Source of the DNA: Takakia lepidozioides | Taxonomy: Eukaryota > Plantae > Bryophyta | Assembly (NCBI GenBank): GCA_030704615.1 | Contig: CM060733.1 | Coordinates: 44,888,001 to 44,952,000 of the forward strand | DNA length: 64,000 bases | Direction of reading: 5' to 3' | Translations under genes and position numbers: made by a program | In this document: in pieces, positions 23,600-35,900 of the stretch | Layout: each line of letters opens with the position of its first letter | Position numbering within the stretch: position 1 is the stretch's first letter | The notes under the pieces: model-generated | Told to the model about the DNA's origin: nothing | Database searches by the model: none | The model's input: the letters and a program-made list of their open reading frames with translations, nothing else

Positions 23600-26500
23600 A
23601 TGCAGGGGAATGAAGACACCAACTTGGAGGTAGAGCTTCCAACGTTATGAATCTAGTCTAAGTTAGCACAAGGGTTAACAACACAAAAGTCCCAAAATCA
23701 TGCGTTCAGAATGGGACGTAGTTGCTTTTGGGCTGCTTTTGGCTCTCTCTTTTGGTGGTTGTCTTACTCATTTGAGCTTTCCGCGGACGTTATTATAAAG
23801 TACCATTTCATTTCATTATTGTCTCTTGTTTTTTCCTTTTGTCAAAGCTCTTTGAGCAAGTTTCTACGGACGATATAAAGTGCCATTTCATCTCTCTCTC
23901 TCCGCGTCTGTGTGCTTGTCTCTATCAAGGTAATCACAGTACTAGAGTGAGTCCCTCACAAAGGCAGTATTTGTTCCATTTGCGCGGGTTCTACAACCAC
24001 AAAGCTACGGCAAACAACGTCTTATGAGTACATTCTCTCTGTTTTTTGTGTGTGACAGCATATACATAAGATATTGCCCAATCACCTCCGGGAGCATCTC
24101 CAACTAAGATTTTTTGGTGGGGACAATTTAGTTCAGTGTTTTGAAAGAAAATCGGGAAACCACCCACAACAATTATGAAGAATCTAAATCACAAACTTGG
24201 GAAGCCGGTAAATGCCAACCCTCAATCCCTCCTCCAGGCTGAGCCAGAAATCTCACTCCCTTCTTCCTGCTTCATTGGAGAGTTGGGGACCTTTAAGTTG
24301 AAATTGTCTAGAACATAATAAACCTTGCTGATGTGAATTGATAGAAAGATGTGCACGCGAAAGCATTAGCACTGGATCAAGAGCGCTTTGACGTTGCATG
24401 CTTGAGGCAAGATATAATTGACGAATATGAGAAAAAGAGTGGAGAGCTATTGGAGTACCTCAACTCCATGGAGTCGGCATTTGATCACCAACGAGTCGAG
24501 TATGAAGAGCGTCAAGTTGCCCTTAGGAAAGAAAACGAAGAATTGAAGAACGAGTTGGAGCATGGCTGCAGGTTCTATCACACTCACTTAAGATGTGCTG
24601 GCTGGCATCCAGCAATCCAAGAAATTTCTTTCTTATTAACAACACAGTCCTGGAGACCGAAATGAAATGAAATGAAATGAAATGACACTTTTTAACGTCC
24701 GCGGGAAGCTCAAAGAGCTTATGGGACAAAAAGCTCGATGAGACAAAAAGAATAAAAATACAGCCCAGAAGCAACTATGCTCAAGGGATTGCCTAAGGGT
24801 CAAAGTTCCCAAGCATTTCTGATCCTCATAATGGAAGACGTCAGTGAGAGATTGAGTTCGACGGAATAGACAGTGGAATTTCCCACGGATCTCAGAATAC
24901 AGAGGGCAATTCAAGGAGAAGTGTTCAGATTCAGTTTCAAATTCTTGGTTGCGCCCCGTGCAAGCTGGGAAGAAAGGAAGTAATTGGTTGACAAAAAACA
25001 CGGAACATGGGGAGCAGAGACTAGGTACCTGCTAAGAGTAAAGCTTGATCCACATGCAGAAAGCGCACTAAAGCACTTGGGAAGCCAAAACCTGTAATTT
25101 GCATTCTATACTGGTTCATAAATTGAAGCATCTTTGTACACAAAGCTGGCTTGACTGCTATTGGTCAGCCAAACTACTATTGAAACAATAGCACAACAAC
25201 TAGGCTCACCATTCTGACTCGAGGTGCCTCACACTCAATTAGCTTTTCTCTGTAGCTGTCACAGTTGCTAGAGTTGGTCAGCAACCTTAACAACGTACCA
25301 TTTACGTGCTTTCTTTCTTCCCCACTCCTCTCCATACATTCTATTACTGAGAGAGAAAATGAATGTGATGCTTGCAGAGCACACTTGACTGAGCACATCC
25401 CAAAGGGACAACAACGGGAGAGAAGGAATTGGGAGGTCGATCGAACTATTGACATCCTTGAGGTTGAGGATAAGGAACATGAGAAATGCCTTAGGAAGAA
25501 GCATAAAAGGGTTCAGGTCAGCCAACATGAAATTCTTGTAATTGTATGACTCCACCTATACTATCTGTCACCACACAATTTTGTGGATTGGGTGATATAG
25601 GGACATCTGGTGGATAACTTTCTTATTTCCCTCCCTCTATATATACGTATCTCTTTCTATGCATCTTATTGCACACTGTCATGTCATCCCTATAATGAAC
25701 CCACCATTCCTTGACATACTTGGGTGGCTCAAGCATCATACTTTGTCTCACACCGAGTGAGTCAAAACCCGCAACCAGCTCCTGAATGTGTCATTACCTG
25801 CAAGGGCTACCCTCTCAAGGGTGTCGATTGCCAACATTCAAATAGAACAATCAAGATGTGCATCGGTCTCTAAGATATGACCACAAGGTCACAGATTTCT
25901 CATCTCCTTCTCTGGGTGCAATAGACTTCTGCTCATGCAATAGACTCCTGGTGGATTATAACTTTGCAGACTCCGCACTCCCACGTGACCGGCCTATTCC
26001 CATAGCGACCCCCACCGTACATGTTCACAATGTTGCTATTTGACAAGTCAGCGAGACTAGTAAGAGTATCCAAATTGCCTTGCCAAGTGATTGTTGAATA
26101 CCGAAGGACCTCACAAAAATCTGGCAACCCATCAGTCATGTTCATCAAAATGCCGCTTGAAAGTACTCATCATGTTTAGGAACTACTGAAAAAAAGTATT
26201 TGGGAATGGTGGAATAACAGGAGCTGCAAGGGGTGGTGGATGACTTGCAGCTAGAGATCACCAAAAAGGAAGAGCTATATCTTCGCCGCAAGAAGAAAGA
26301 GGAAAGGATAAGGAATCGCATGGAGTTTGAAAACCATGAACTTAGGCGGAAAGCTGCCCTTGGGTGGATGCTAGGCTGCCTCTCTGGTATAGCAATCTAT
26401 CACATTGATGGATCCAGTGGAAAAGAGGGATGAGACTAGGACAGAAAAAGTGGGGTAGCACTTAGCAAGGTAAGCACTGCTTGAACTCCATAGAAGAATC

Positions 26501-27356
26501 TCCATGCCCTCCCAAACACACGCATGCACTGGCTGTGCTTAAAGCCAGTCCAATGCGTACTCTCTCTCACACATAGAGTTCTTTCATTTATTTCTCTTAA
26601 TTCTTTCTCTCTAAGGTGCGACTGCCAGTGGTTGCCTAATGTGGCTAATCTCCGATGCTACTGTGTAAGAAGATTGATACAACTTCAAGTTGCAGCAGTA
26701 AACTTCAACAAGATACGTCCGGAAAAAAAAGACATGTTTATAAGATAACGCTCAGTTGTGCCATCTCTCTGCCTACTTGGGAAGAGAATTTGAACTTGCT
26801 CAATCTCACATGAGAGTAGGAGCTCATGAGAGTGAGAACTTCAGTTGACAAATTTACAGTGACATAGACAGCCAACAGAAAGGGCTATTATTCAAGGAAA
26901 CATAGAAAGCTCGATGTATGTCAACATTAATCTCATGTGTACGTTCAATATTAAACCTGTGGGTGGTGTGGTCTGGCAGAGCTGTATTTGCGACTTGATC
27001 CGGCAGAGATTGGGAAAGCTGGAATTATGAAACTGGTCCGCAAAGTGCAAAGAGAACTAGAATGTGGAAACCATGTCTTCAGCGGGGCAGGAATGCCCCC
27101 CATTCTGGAGTATGAATTGATAGAAAGAGAGATCCGACGATTAATTGATCATGCTCAAGCGTCTCGTACTATACCGCTATGGACAGGCAGTGAGAAATCC
27201 TGCGCCATGATCAGAGCTGAAAGTGTAAAAAGATTACCCAGACCATTCTCTGGCGAGCTGTCTGGTGACCAATGGAAGCGGATGTGCAAGAGCAAAGCTC
27301 TCCCGCGAGGCCAGGCAGAGGCTCTTAGACCCACCACCGCACCCTCAAATCTGTGA
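23600..27356 (+). CDS. Spliced orphan coiled-coil protein, ~310 aa (exons 23600-23629, 24345-24571, 25378-25516, 26221-26386, 26980-27356; possible extra exon ~27797-28010)
   Basis: Four GT-AG junctions join in phase (0, 2, 0, 1) to give an E/K/R-rich heptad protein (...VEYEERQVALRKENEELKNELE...ELQGVVDDLQLEITKKEE...). A candidate 5' UTR donor CAG|GTGAGC lies at ~22679. Confidence 0.55.
23720..23890 (+). mobile_element. Two very short tandem 3' ends of an RTE-type LINE family
   Basis: TTTGAGC...CGGACG.TA..AAAGT..CATTTCAT occurs twice and matches the reverse complement of 24660-24780. Confidence 0.6.
24660..24945 (-). mobile_element. 5'-truncated RTE-type LINE with a (CATTT)n tail
   Basis: Minus strand encodes ETESEHFSLNCPLYSEIRGKFHCLF...FHYEDQKCLG, an RTE-like C-terminal motif, followed by a short UTR and ~5 CATTT units. 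Confidence 0.7.
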
Positions 27357-28150
27357 GTGAAATACTCTGACTATAAAAGAACAAGAATCTACAGAGGTTT
27401 AATAGTTGTTCAGAGGTTTGTTTTCCTTGCACGTTATCCTGCATGCCCAAAAAATTGGTGCCACATCGAAATTTATGCACTAGATGTCTGGACAAAAACC
27501 CTCGGTCAATTTGCATTTACAAGGTGGTTTGCAACTGCAAGAATGACATCAATTGCTGTTGGTGCTCATACCTGTTTTGGGTCTGTCTGTGTGCTTAATG
27601 ACAGTGCAAGGGAGTGATCAGAAGAGTGTCATGAGAGAGTGACTGGAAACTGAAAGCTTGAAACTAGTCCTGCGTCCTGGATGTGCAGACAATCAAACCG
27701 ACAGGCCACAGCTTGTTCCCAGTTTGTAGTGAATTGCATTGACCAGAAGCACAGCGCACCCCATAGTTGTTATGTTACCTGTCACCCCCAGCCCCAGATT
27801 GAGCTTTTGAAAGAGAAGCGCATGCACGACGTGCCTGCCCCCAAGAAGGAGCCCCCTGGGAGCACATGGATCTGGCTCATGGAGAGCGAGGAAGATGCGA
27901 CAAATTCTTGTCGTCAATCGGAGCTCAAAAAAATGCTGAGAGGTCTGGAGAGCAGCGTGAGCTACCTCCTCGGCCAAGAAAGGCGACGACGCCTGGAAGA
28001 GACAAGGTGAATTCCATCTTTCTATGTCTAGGACCAGTTATTTTTTCCTTACCCCTCATTAATAAATTTTCAGGGCTACAATCCCCATGTTCTAAGAAAA
28101 AGAAAAAGAAAAAGTTTGCCATATTTCATACCAGTAGGGTCGGGTCTAAG

Positions 28151-28191
28151 CCCTAAACTCTAACCCTAAACTCTACCCCTAAACCCTAAAC
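28151..28191. repeat. Short degenerate interstitial telomere-like tract (CCCTAAA)n
   Basis: ccctaaactctaaccctaaactctacccctaaaccctaaac. Confidence 0.7.
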
Positions 28192-29029
28192 TTTGTCCAT
28201 CTAATCTCGAATGATTCTTGCAATTTTTGGGAAAAGATGGCGTCCTGGGCAGCAGATCTGCGGAGGTCATTTGGATGGATAACATCTATTCCAAAGCGTG
28301 CCTTCGCGGCTTTTACAATTCTGTGTTTTCTTTCAAAATTTGATTACCCAAGCTCCGGTGTCATTTTCCCAAAAATAAAATGATATGTATAGCCTTGTCA
28401 TTTTATCCTCCGAGTAACCATAAATTATTATGTCTATTTATTTCTCCTATGGATTTATTTATCCTGCGGGTAAAGGGTAAAGGCTAATATTTTGGTAAGG
28501 ATAAATGATCTACCCTTTATATACCCCTCGAGTAAATAAAGGATATATTATTTTTTTGGTTGAATGAGGTTGATTGTATCACATGTTGTGTGAACAATAT
28601 GAGGGATGATCATGATGGTATTTCATCAAAGACAATAATCAAAGACCATGTAATGTAATATATAATTTTAAGGTCTAGGGCTGATAGGATGACATATCTG
28701 TATCAGTTCCCCTCTATGTTCCCTATAAAGCATCATCTCAATCAAGAGCAAGACTCTCATCAACATCATGGAATTCCTCTACCATACCCTCGAATTCCTC
28801 ATCAAACTCAGCCATTGAAGCCTTAATATGCACCAGGACTATGGTGCATTGGTGCCTCCAGTGAAGCCCTCTTATGGAAAGGAGATCGATACCCACAAAT
28901 ATGGTGATAGTGAAGGCAAATAAAAATGAAAACCTCTTCTAATGCTTGTATAGAGAAATTAGATTCTAATTGCTGTGATGATGCCTAGCGTTTTTTTGCT
29001 GACGATTTTTTGCCAAATTTCGACCTCAG

Positions 29030-30256
29030 AAAAATAAATTATGGATGAATTCGCCAAATATGGATGATATAAATGGATTTAAGTATGGAAGTGGATGATT
29101 CTGTCCTAATTTCAATGGATAAACAGAATGTATGGCTATTTTGTGCCAAACTTTGTAGCCATTCGCGCTATTTTCCAAATTCCAGAAAAAAAACACTGAT
29201 GATGCCCTTTCTATGGTACACAAGGGCAATAGGTAGAAACACCTAAAATGGATCATTTAAAGAAATGTGTGCAGTTTCAGGTGTGCACTCTCGTCGTATA
29301 TATTTTTCTGATGTGGGCACATAGAAATGAAATTTAATACAAAATAAATAAATAATTCCCGAATTGTTTTGTAATATTGGTGAATATTCAATGTGAAATC
29401 ATGGAATAACCGTGAATGGACCAGTGGGGGGTACTATTTTGAACAGGAAGTGCACTTTGTTTGGAGCCAAAGGTGCCCAAAAAGTGTGCATCCTCATTTT
29501 ACTGATTAAACAACATAGTAACATGGACCATGTCAGTCAACTAACCTAACCATTTATTGACCTTAAAGTAACCTCCCACCTTAAGGAAATCTGAGCTCAA
29601 GGTCCATTTGGATTAAACTCAATCCTGGATTATTGATCTAGTTGAAACTCAATCATGTTAGGATTCTTTCTCTATCAAAGTGCGCACCGATGGTTAAGTA
29701 TGTATGACGCCTCCCAAAGGGACCGTAACTTATGGTGTCACTTCACCACAAGGGTTACTGCATTCCAGCGAAAGGTGGACACTTTCACGACATGGTTTGA
29801 ACCCACAACCACATCCAACGTGGTATGTGCCCATTACCACTGGGCTAACTTGTCCGGTAAGTGATATCAACATGATCATGTATGAGTTATAAGGGTTCAT
29901 TGGAGTTCCATCGTGGCCCACCACATGACCTAATTTGGACCGCTTGTGATCAAAGCACATATGGTTGTATTTTTCTAGGGGTCCGTTTTGGGTACAACTC
30001 CATTTTAGGTGTTTCTACCTTACTTGTACCTGCTGCAATGAAGCCCTTGTAGGCAGGATAATGGTACACCTTGGAGATGGTAGGCCCCCTTATATGTAGA
30101 CAGTAGGCTAGTGTTTTTCATAAGAAATTTGGAAAACAGCACGAGTGGCTCCAGAGTTTTGCAGAAAATAGCGGTACATTCTGTTCATCCACCTCTGTAC
30201 CATAATCCATTTATATCATCCATATTTGGCAAATTTATCCATAGTCTATTTTTTAT
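29030..30256. mobile_element. Foldback/long-TIR non-autonomous element
   Basis: 29030-29253 is an imperfect reverse complement of 30000-30256 (e.g. GCCAAATATGGATGATATAAATGGATT and GGTAGAAACACCTAAAATGGA). Confidence 0.75.
29700..29836 (-). mobile_element. tRNA-derived SINE (degenerate)
   Basis: Minus-strand box A TAGCCCAGTGG and box B GGTTCAAACC at tRNA-like spacing. 3' boundary approximate. Confidence 0.55.
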
Positions 30257-30399
30257 ATGCAGAAATGAAATGCGATTTCATCCATGAAAAAACAGGGGAT
30301 TTGTGACAGGATATCCCATTGCATTTTTTCTATTTTTTTTTATTTTTCTCGTTTCTAAAGGAAAGCTGGGAGGGACTGCTCACAATTCAGGCCCTTGAT

Positions 30400-30568
30400 G
30401 AGGGGGAAAAATTAACTCCCTTTCAGATAAGCCATTAGGCACACAAGAGGGAAACATCACCACCAGACCGGTCACGAACAATCCACACACCGCGCAAAGG
30501 GCAGTGGGTTTGAACCCTGAACCACCAGGGCGATACACTGTGCACTTACCAGCTGAGCTATCAGCCGG
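30400..30568 (-). mobile_element. tRNA-derived SINE
   Basis: Box A TAGCTCAGCTGG and box B GGTTCAAACCC on the minus strand; no complete cloverleaf. 3' boundary approximate. Confidence 0.65.
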
Positions 30569-30969
30569 TGTCATTTCCTGATGTCGAAATTCACCAATAA
30601 AAAGACGTTGTAGGAAGGATGGTGTGCCCTTGCCACTTGGTATGTCCCTTATAAGTTATGTTCGCAACGCCTTTTGAGATGGTACTCGAGGGAGGTCCCT
30701 TGTCAAGGCCTTCCTACTTAGGCATTAAGAAGAGTTTTATTTTTGCTATTTATCCTCCAGAAGTATATACTTACCCATGGGTAAAGGCTAGATGGAAATT
30801 ATTTACCATTCGGGTAAGGGTATCTGAGATTATTTACCCGTCTGAAGGGTAAGTGTAAGGTAAATGAAATGGGCAAACCCGGGTAAATAATTTACCCTTA
30901 CCCGGATAAATCTGGGTAAATGATTTTCCCGCACAACACTGGATCTTTCCGCTGCATATATATATATAT

Positions 30970-31148
30970 AAAAGATAAAAGATAAAGTTTCTTTAACGTC
31001 CAGTGAATTTACAGAGCCTACTGCTCAACACACAGGCCATCGAGGGCCCAATGGACGGTCTGAAGGCACATGTTGAAGGATTGAACCCAGGATCACCTAG
31101 GTTATGCACAGGCAAGGCACAAACACCAACCACTGGGCTACCTGCTCA
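30970..31148 (-). mobile_element. tRNA-derived SINE with a (TTTATC)n-like tail
   Basis: Box A TAGCCCAGTGG, box B GGTTCAATCC; 3' end GGACGTTAAAG followed by a simple-repeat tail. Confidence 0.65.
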
Positions 31149-32970
31149 AGTGCATATACTAATGTGGTTCCACCTTCTCACTGGCTGGCTCCACACCAAC
31201 CCTAAGTTATATGAGGGAGGAATGTGTTCCACGCATCTCCCTTTCCGCAACGTGCTTCCTCACTTGCACCCACGGGTTCCTCGCTCCCGCCCCACTGGGA
31301 CCCACAAGAGCTATACTTTAAAAATAAAAATAAAACAGAACAGGGGATACTTCAAAACCGTCCGGGTTCAAAACCGTCAGTGTTTTTGTTTTTCGTTTTT
31401 CCAAAATCGCGGGCAGGGCCACATGTGAACTCTGCCCGGTGCCCAGGTGGCAAGAATAACGAGGTGGCAGGGTTAGAAAAGTGGCTATATACCAAGTGGC
31501 ACGTTCAAAACTGGTCCACGTTTTCAAAATCAGGTTCCTAATATTTAACTACTGGCGCTTTTTGGCAATATTTTTAGATTTTATCCCCATAATTCCTTTG
31601 TACAAGTAGCTGAATCTGGAGATTTTTTGCTAGAAAAAGAAACATATTTATTGAAAAAAAGAGAGGAAAAAAACACACCAGGCAGCGAATGATTCTGAGT
31701 CCTCTTTTTGCTTAAAACGACAAAGAAAAAGAAAAATCGAATAATTCCAAATAAAGCATCCAGGGCCAGATCCCTGTTCTCTTACCAAAAAAAAAAAAAA
31801 ACTGGTGTTCTCCTTTTAAACGACCAAAAGAGAGAAAACAATAGAAATAACAAATAACGAAAGAAAGCAATACACGCGTATGATGTGACTGTACATTCGC
31901 TGGTTTAGGGCAGCTAGGCTCCTCTGGTAGGGCCCCCTGTCTCTTTGCCACCACTGGTCCCCGCCACTGAGTGCAAGGCACGTATCGCCACGTGCGAAGA
32001 CGCAAGTGGTGAGAAGGCATGCGGATGTCGTCTTCCTGCTAGCGCTTTGGACGTCAGACGGAAGCTGGCTGCCATTTGTGCCTCGATTCTCGGAGCCTTG
32101 TTTGTCGACTAAGCAATGCTCGCTGTTGCTTAATTGGTAAGCTGATGACGTTGCGCAAGCTTTGTTCCTATCCGCTGAGTCGCTGACCTATGCCATCCCT
32201 GTTTTTCCGTTTTGGTTGTCTGTGTGTCAATCAAGCAAGGAGATTGGCCGATCTGGCGCTGAATTGCCTTATCCTCCCTGTCATTGTACCTGCATCCTTA
32301 GACTCGGGTTTATCAGGATTTTTCCTCAGGCAGGAATGCACTTGATGTTTTGATCTCCTCCTTTGCCATCTGTGTTCTGGTTCTCCAGGTCGTTCTCCTC
32401 GCTGTTATTGTGTTTACTCACGCCCGGTACTCTGAAGAACTTCCATCCCGTTTGCAGTGTTCCTTCTTCAGTACTTGTTGCAGGCCGTTTTCTCGTCCCT
32501 TCCTTCGGCTCTTGTTGATGTTCTGTCGTCTCCCTTAATCTACACGACACAAGCCTGAATTTTCTCTGACGAAAATACTGTTATCCTCTGCATTTGCACC
32601 GGTACCTGAAAATTCACTGACGAGAGTAGCATGATTGCGCTCCGATACACAAAGTATGGAGAGTGCTCTGCTTTGACACTTCCGAAGTGTGCCTGCAGAT
32701 GAGCTGTTTATGCATTTTGATAGAGAGATACGTTAACCCCATAGAGCTTGGATAAAAAGAGGAACACTGAATGAAAAAGAGGTCGTCTATTTGCCCTTGC
32801 CCTTAAAACCGTTTTGAGCACAATTGGATATTCTGCAAGCTGCACCTGTGCACTAGATCTTGGAGTAGAAAAGGGGAAGGATGAAACAAGGCAGAAGGAG
32901 GGAGGCAGACCTGCCATGGTGATACTGCAACCGGTGGAACCAGGACGCATAAGTGCGCGGCTGTGGTTCA

Positions 32971-35900
32971 ATGGGGAGCCTCATCCAGCAGCGGCCGCCG
33001 CCGGAATACTCCGCTTTCCGCAAGAAAATCACTGTTGAAATTCAGCGCAAGCTGAATAAAGTACTACCTTTGATCTCATGTCTCTGTGCCCCACACAATG
33101 ACCTGTATTTTGGTTTATCTCTGCGCATGTGTTAGTCCACATGTCATGGCAGGGACTTGTACAACTTGCCTGATTGTTGGATGGCAATCAGTTCTCTTTA
33201 GGGTGGAAAATTAGCTTTCGAGCTGTCTGGTGGCTTAGGAGAGAGAGGAGAAGAAGGTTATGCAGGGGAAGGCCACAGGCCATAGGACACAGTAGAACAA
33301 CAGAAATTGCAGAGAGAGAGAGAGAGAGAGAGAGCGCAGCGGCAGCGATTAGAAATCCGTTAATTGTGACAAGCACTCTCTTGCTGCTACAGATATGATG
33401 CAAGCCCTTCTGCTTTGATTCTTTACTGTCCCAGAGTAGATGGATCAATTGGGGAAATGTGTGATATCCAGCTGGGTTTGACTAAGAGTAGTGATTCCCT
33501 GCATCAATGTGTATCCACCCTATGAAGGTGGAAGTTTGTAGCCCATCAACTGTATGCTTCTGTTTGATTGTTACAAGTTAATGGACGCCAATCCTATCTG
33601 GTGACCTTCATCGTGGCAATGCATTAGGTGATCAAGATTCTAGTTAGTTGTCCTGCACCTGCAGCATGTGGTTTGTTTCATCTATTTTTGTAGCGCAAGA
33701 GAGGAGAGGGAGTAAAGGTTCTATGTATGAGTGACAGGCGCTTGACACACCAACCGACCGAGGTGATCTGCTGCGCCAGCTCTTCACTGATGTAGCCTTG
33801 GAGGTTGACCCGCGGGCCCAAGGTATCTGTCTATCCCTTTGCTGTGATCTCTTTCTTTCATGAGGCCATATGAACTCACACAAGATTGTTTTTTATGCTT
33901 TTGTGGTTGGAGTTATTGCCCCAAATAGCTAGAAATGCCATTGGGCGAGTTATGGATTCCAAGGTGGTAGCTATAAATCCAAAGGTGCTTGTTACCATAG
34001 AATCGAGGAGCTGGTGAAAGACCTCATAGCACCATTATCAAAGCCTGCCTACTATACCCTCAAGATTGCTTCTGGGTTTGTGGAAGTGATATGGCAATCC
34101 TGGGCCGACATCAGGCCCTAGTGGTTGATACCTCTGCATGAGGCCCTTGGAGGTTGTGTCATTGTCGGAAAATGATCACTTGTGCATGAAAATGCTACAT
34201 TTGTAGCTGAAGTGGCTGTTATGGTGATGGAATTGCAGCACGACTCTATAGTTCGGAACAGATCACAGATGGCAACACAGGTTTAAAGACTGCCACTGGC
34301 AATCGCCCCTCTCTTTGCTTCTACGAAGTGTTTGCACAGCACTATGCAGAAGTTCCAGACGATGGAAAGGAAATCCTCCCAATCTTTGTGCAACTATGGA
34401 GCCAGTCGTTTGCATCACAGATATTTGCTCTCCTCTTTTATCGCTGGGTATGATTGCCCCAGTCTACTGAAAGATTGAACTTTGAATTTCATCTGGCATA
34501 CATTGCGTGTTCTTCAGAGGCATCGACTCTTCCTCATTTTCTGTCAGATTATTGCATTTCCTTATACAAGCACGTGACATGTCCTTTGACTGTCTCTGTG
34601 ATGTTGTTTGTCCTGTCTTTGGGTGAGGGAGGTTGTATTGTTGTGGTTCCTTATTTCACTTGTCCTTGAGTTATGGAGGCTGTAAATTGCTTGGTCATAC
34701 CATCATGATATCTCTGGTTGTTAAACATGACTCCTTGGAAGTTTTCTGAAGCTGAAATTGTGATGATGGGCCATGGTGGTTGTAGCAGTTGTTTGAAATC
34801 CCACAAGAGGAGGCAGAGGGCCTTTTACGTTACGCCACAGCATTTTCAGAGGGTGCTAGTAACATTTTCTGGTATGGAGTGACCCTTCTTCTTTCTTGTG
34901 ATTTCTGGGGCTGTACCCTATCTTCACAATTGGCACTCAAAATGTATAAGAATTAAGCTCCATTTGTTCTCCTTGTATAGTTCTTGGAGAAACTTGATGT
35001 CAGTTGATTGTGATTGGCTTTTTTCTTATCAGCAAAGTTATCTATCTAGTCTTAGGCATAAATGCTCGATTGCCAGCACCTATGTGTTGCTACAATGTGA
35101 CATTATTCTGCCCAGACTGTAGGAAGGTTTCATAGGTATGCAGTTCTTTTATTTGTATCCTAGTTTCTCCCTTCATAACCTAGCATGAGGGGATAACCTA
35201 TAAAATGTTCCAATAATCAGAATAGTGGATGGATGGGCTTCAAGTTATGTCCATTGTGCTGGGAAAAAGTGATGTTAAGGAGTCTGCTGGGTGAGTGGGG
35301 CCTGGCCTTTAGACATCTCATTCATGGACTTACTAGACTGCCATGGGCTGGCGTTTATTGCTGTGAAGGATGGATGTTCAAAGCAACATACGACGATTTT
35401 TTTCTTTGTTCAATGTGAGTTGTTTTCATCATGTAATTGGATGAATTGTTCATTTGGGTTTTTAAACTTCCATGATGTACTAGGATTCCAGCATACTTTG
35501 AAAGTCAAGCCATCTACATGTTCTCTAGTTCGTATCTTCCTTGTTTTTTCGGTTGCTGGACAGCTGTAGTAAATTATTGCTTTGAAGGAGATAATAATAG
35601 GACTTCAGTTTTCAAGTCTGAAGAGAGGGTAGTTTGGTTTTTATGGCTTCTGCCATTTATTTTGGATGGCTACGTTTGTCAAGTGCAGTACCTATTTGAG
35701 GAGGTGTTCATGGATCGGACTCGTTTAAACCGGATTCCCATGCAGGTGGTGTGGGCTTCCCCCTTTTGACAATGATCTGACCCTCCCTTTTCTTTCTTCT
35801 CTCATTGGTATTGAACTGTTTGGATGTTCACACAGTAGGTGTCAAGAAATAGAGAAAGTGAAGTCATGTCCAGATCTGTTGTGGTTTTGGATTTGTGACA

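Larger units (their letters stand above)
28355..30941. mobile_element. hAT-like non-autonomous element carrying nested insertions
   Basis: GGGTAA/TTACCC subterminal repeats at 28400-28540 and 30750-30920. The right end reads CAGTGTTGTGCGGG on the minus strand. The left TIR was not identified. Confidence 0.45.

Noticed and set aside
25566-25716. TGTCA...TGACA-bounded 150-bp segment (mini solo LTR)
   Set aside because: The flanks do not form a TSD and the segment is too short to support.
25830-26050. Possible old RTE C-terminal fragment on the minus strand
   Set aside because: Only scattered motif resemblance across frameshifts.
29700-31148. tRNA genes
   Set aside because: Only box A/B are retained; there is no convincing acceptor or anticodon stem, so they are called SINEs.
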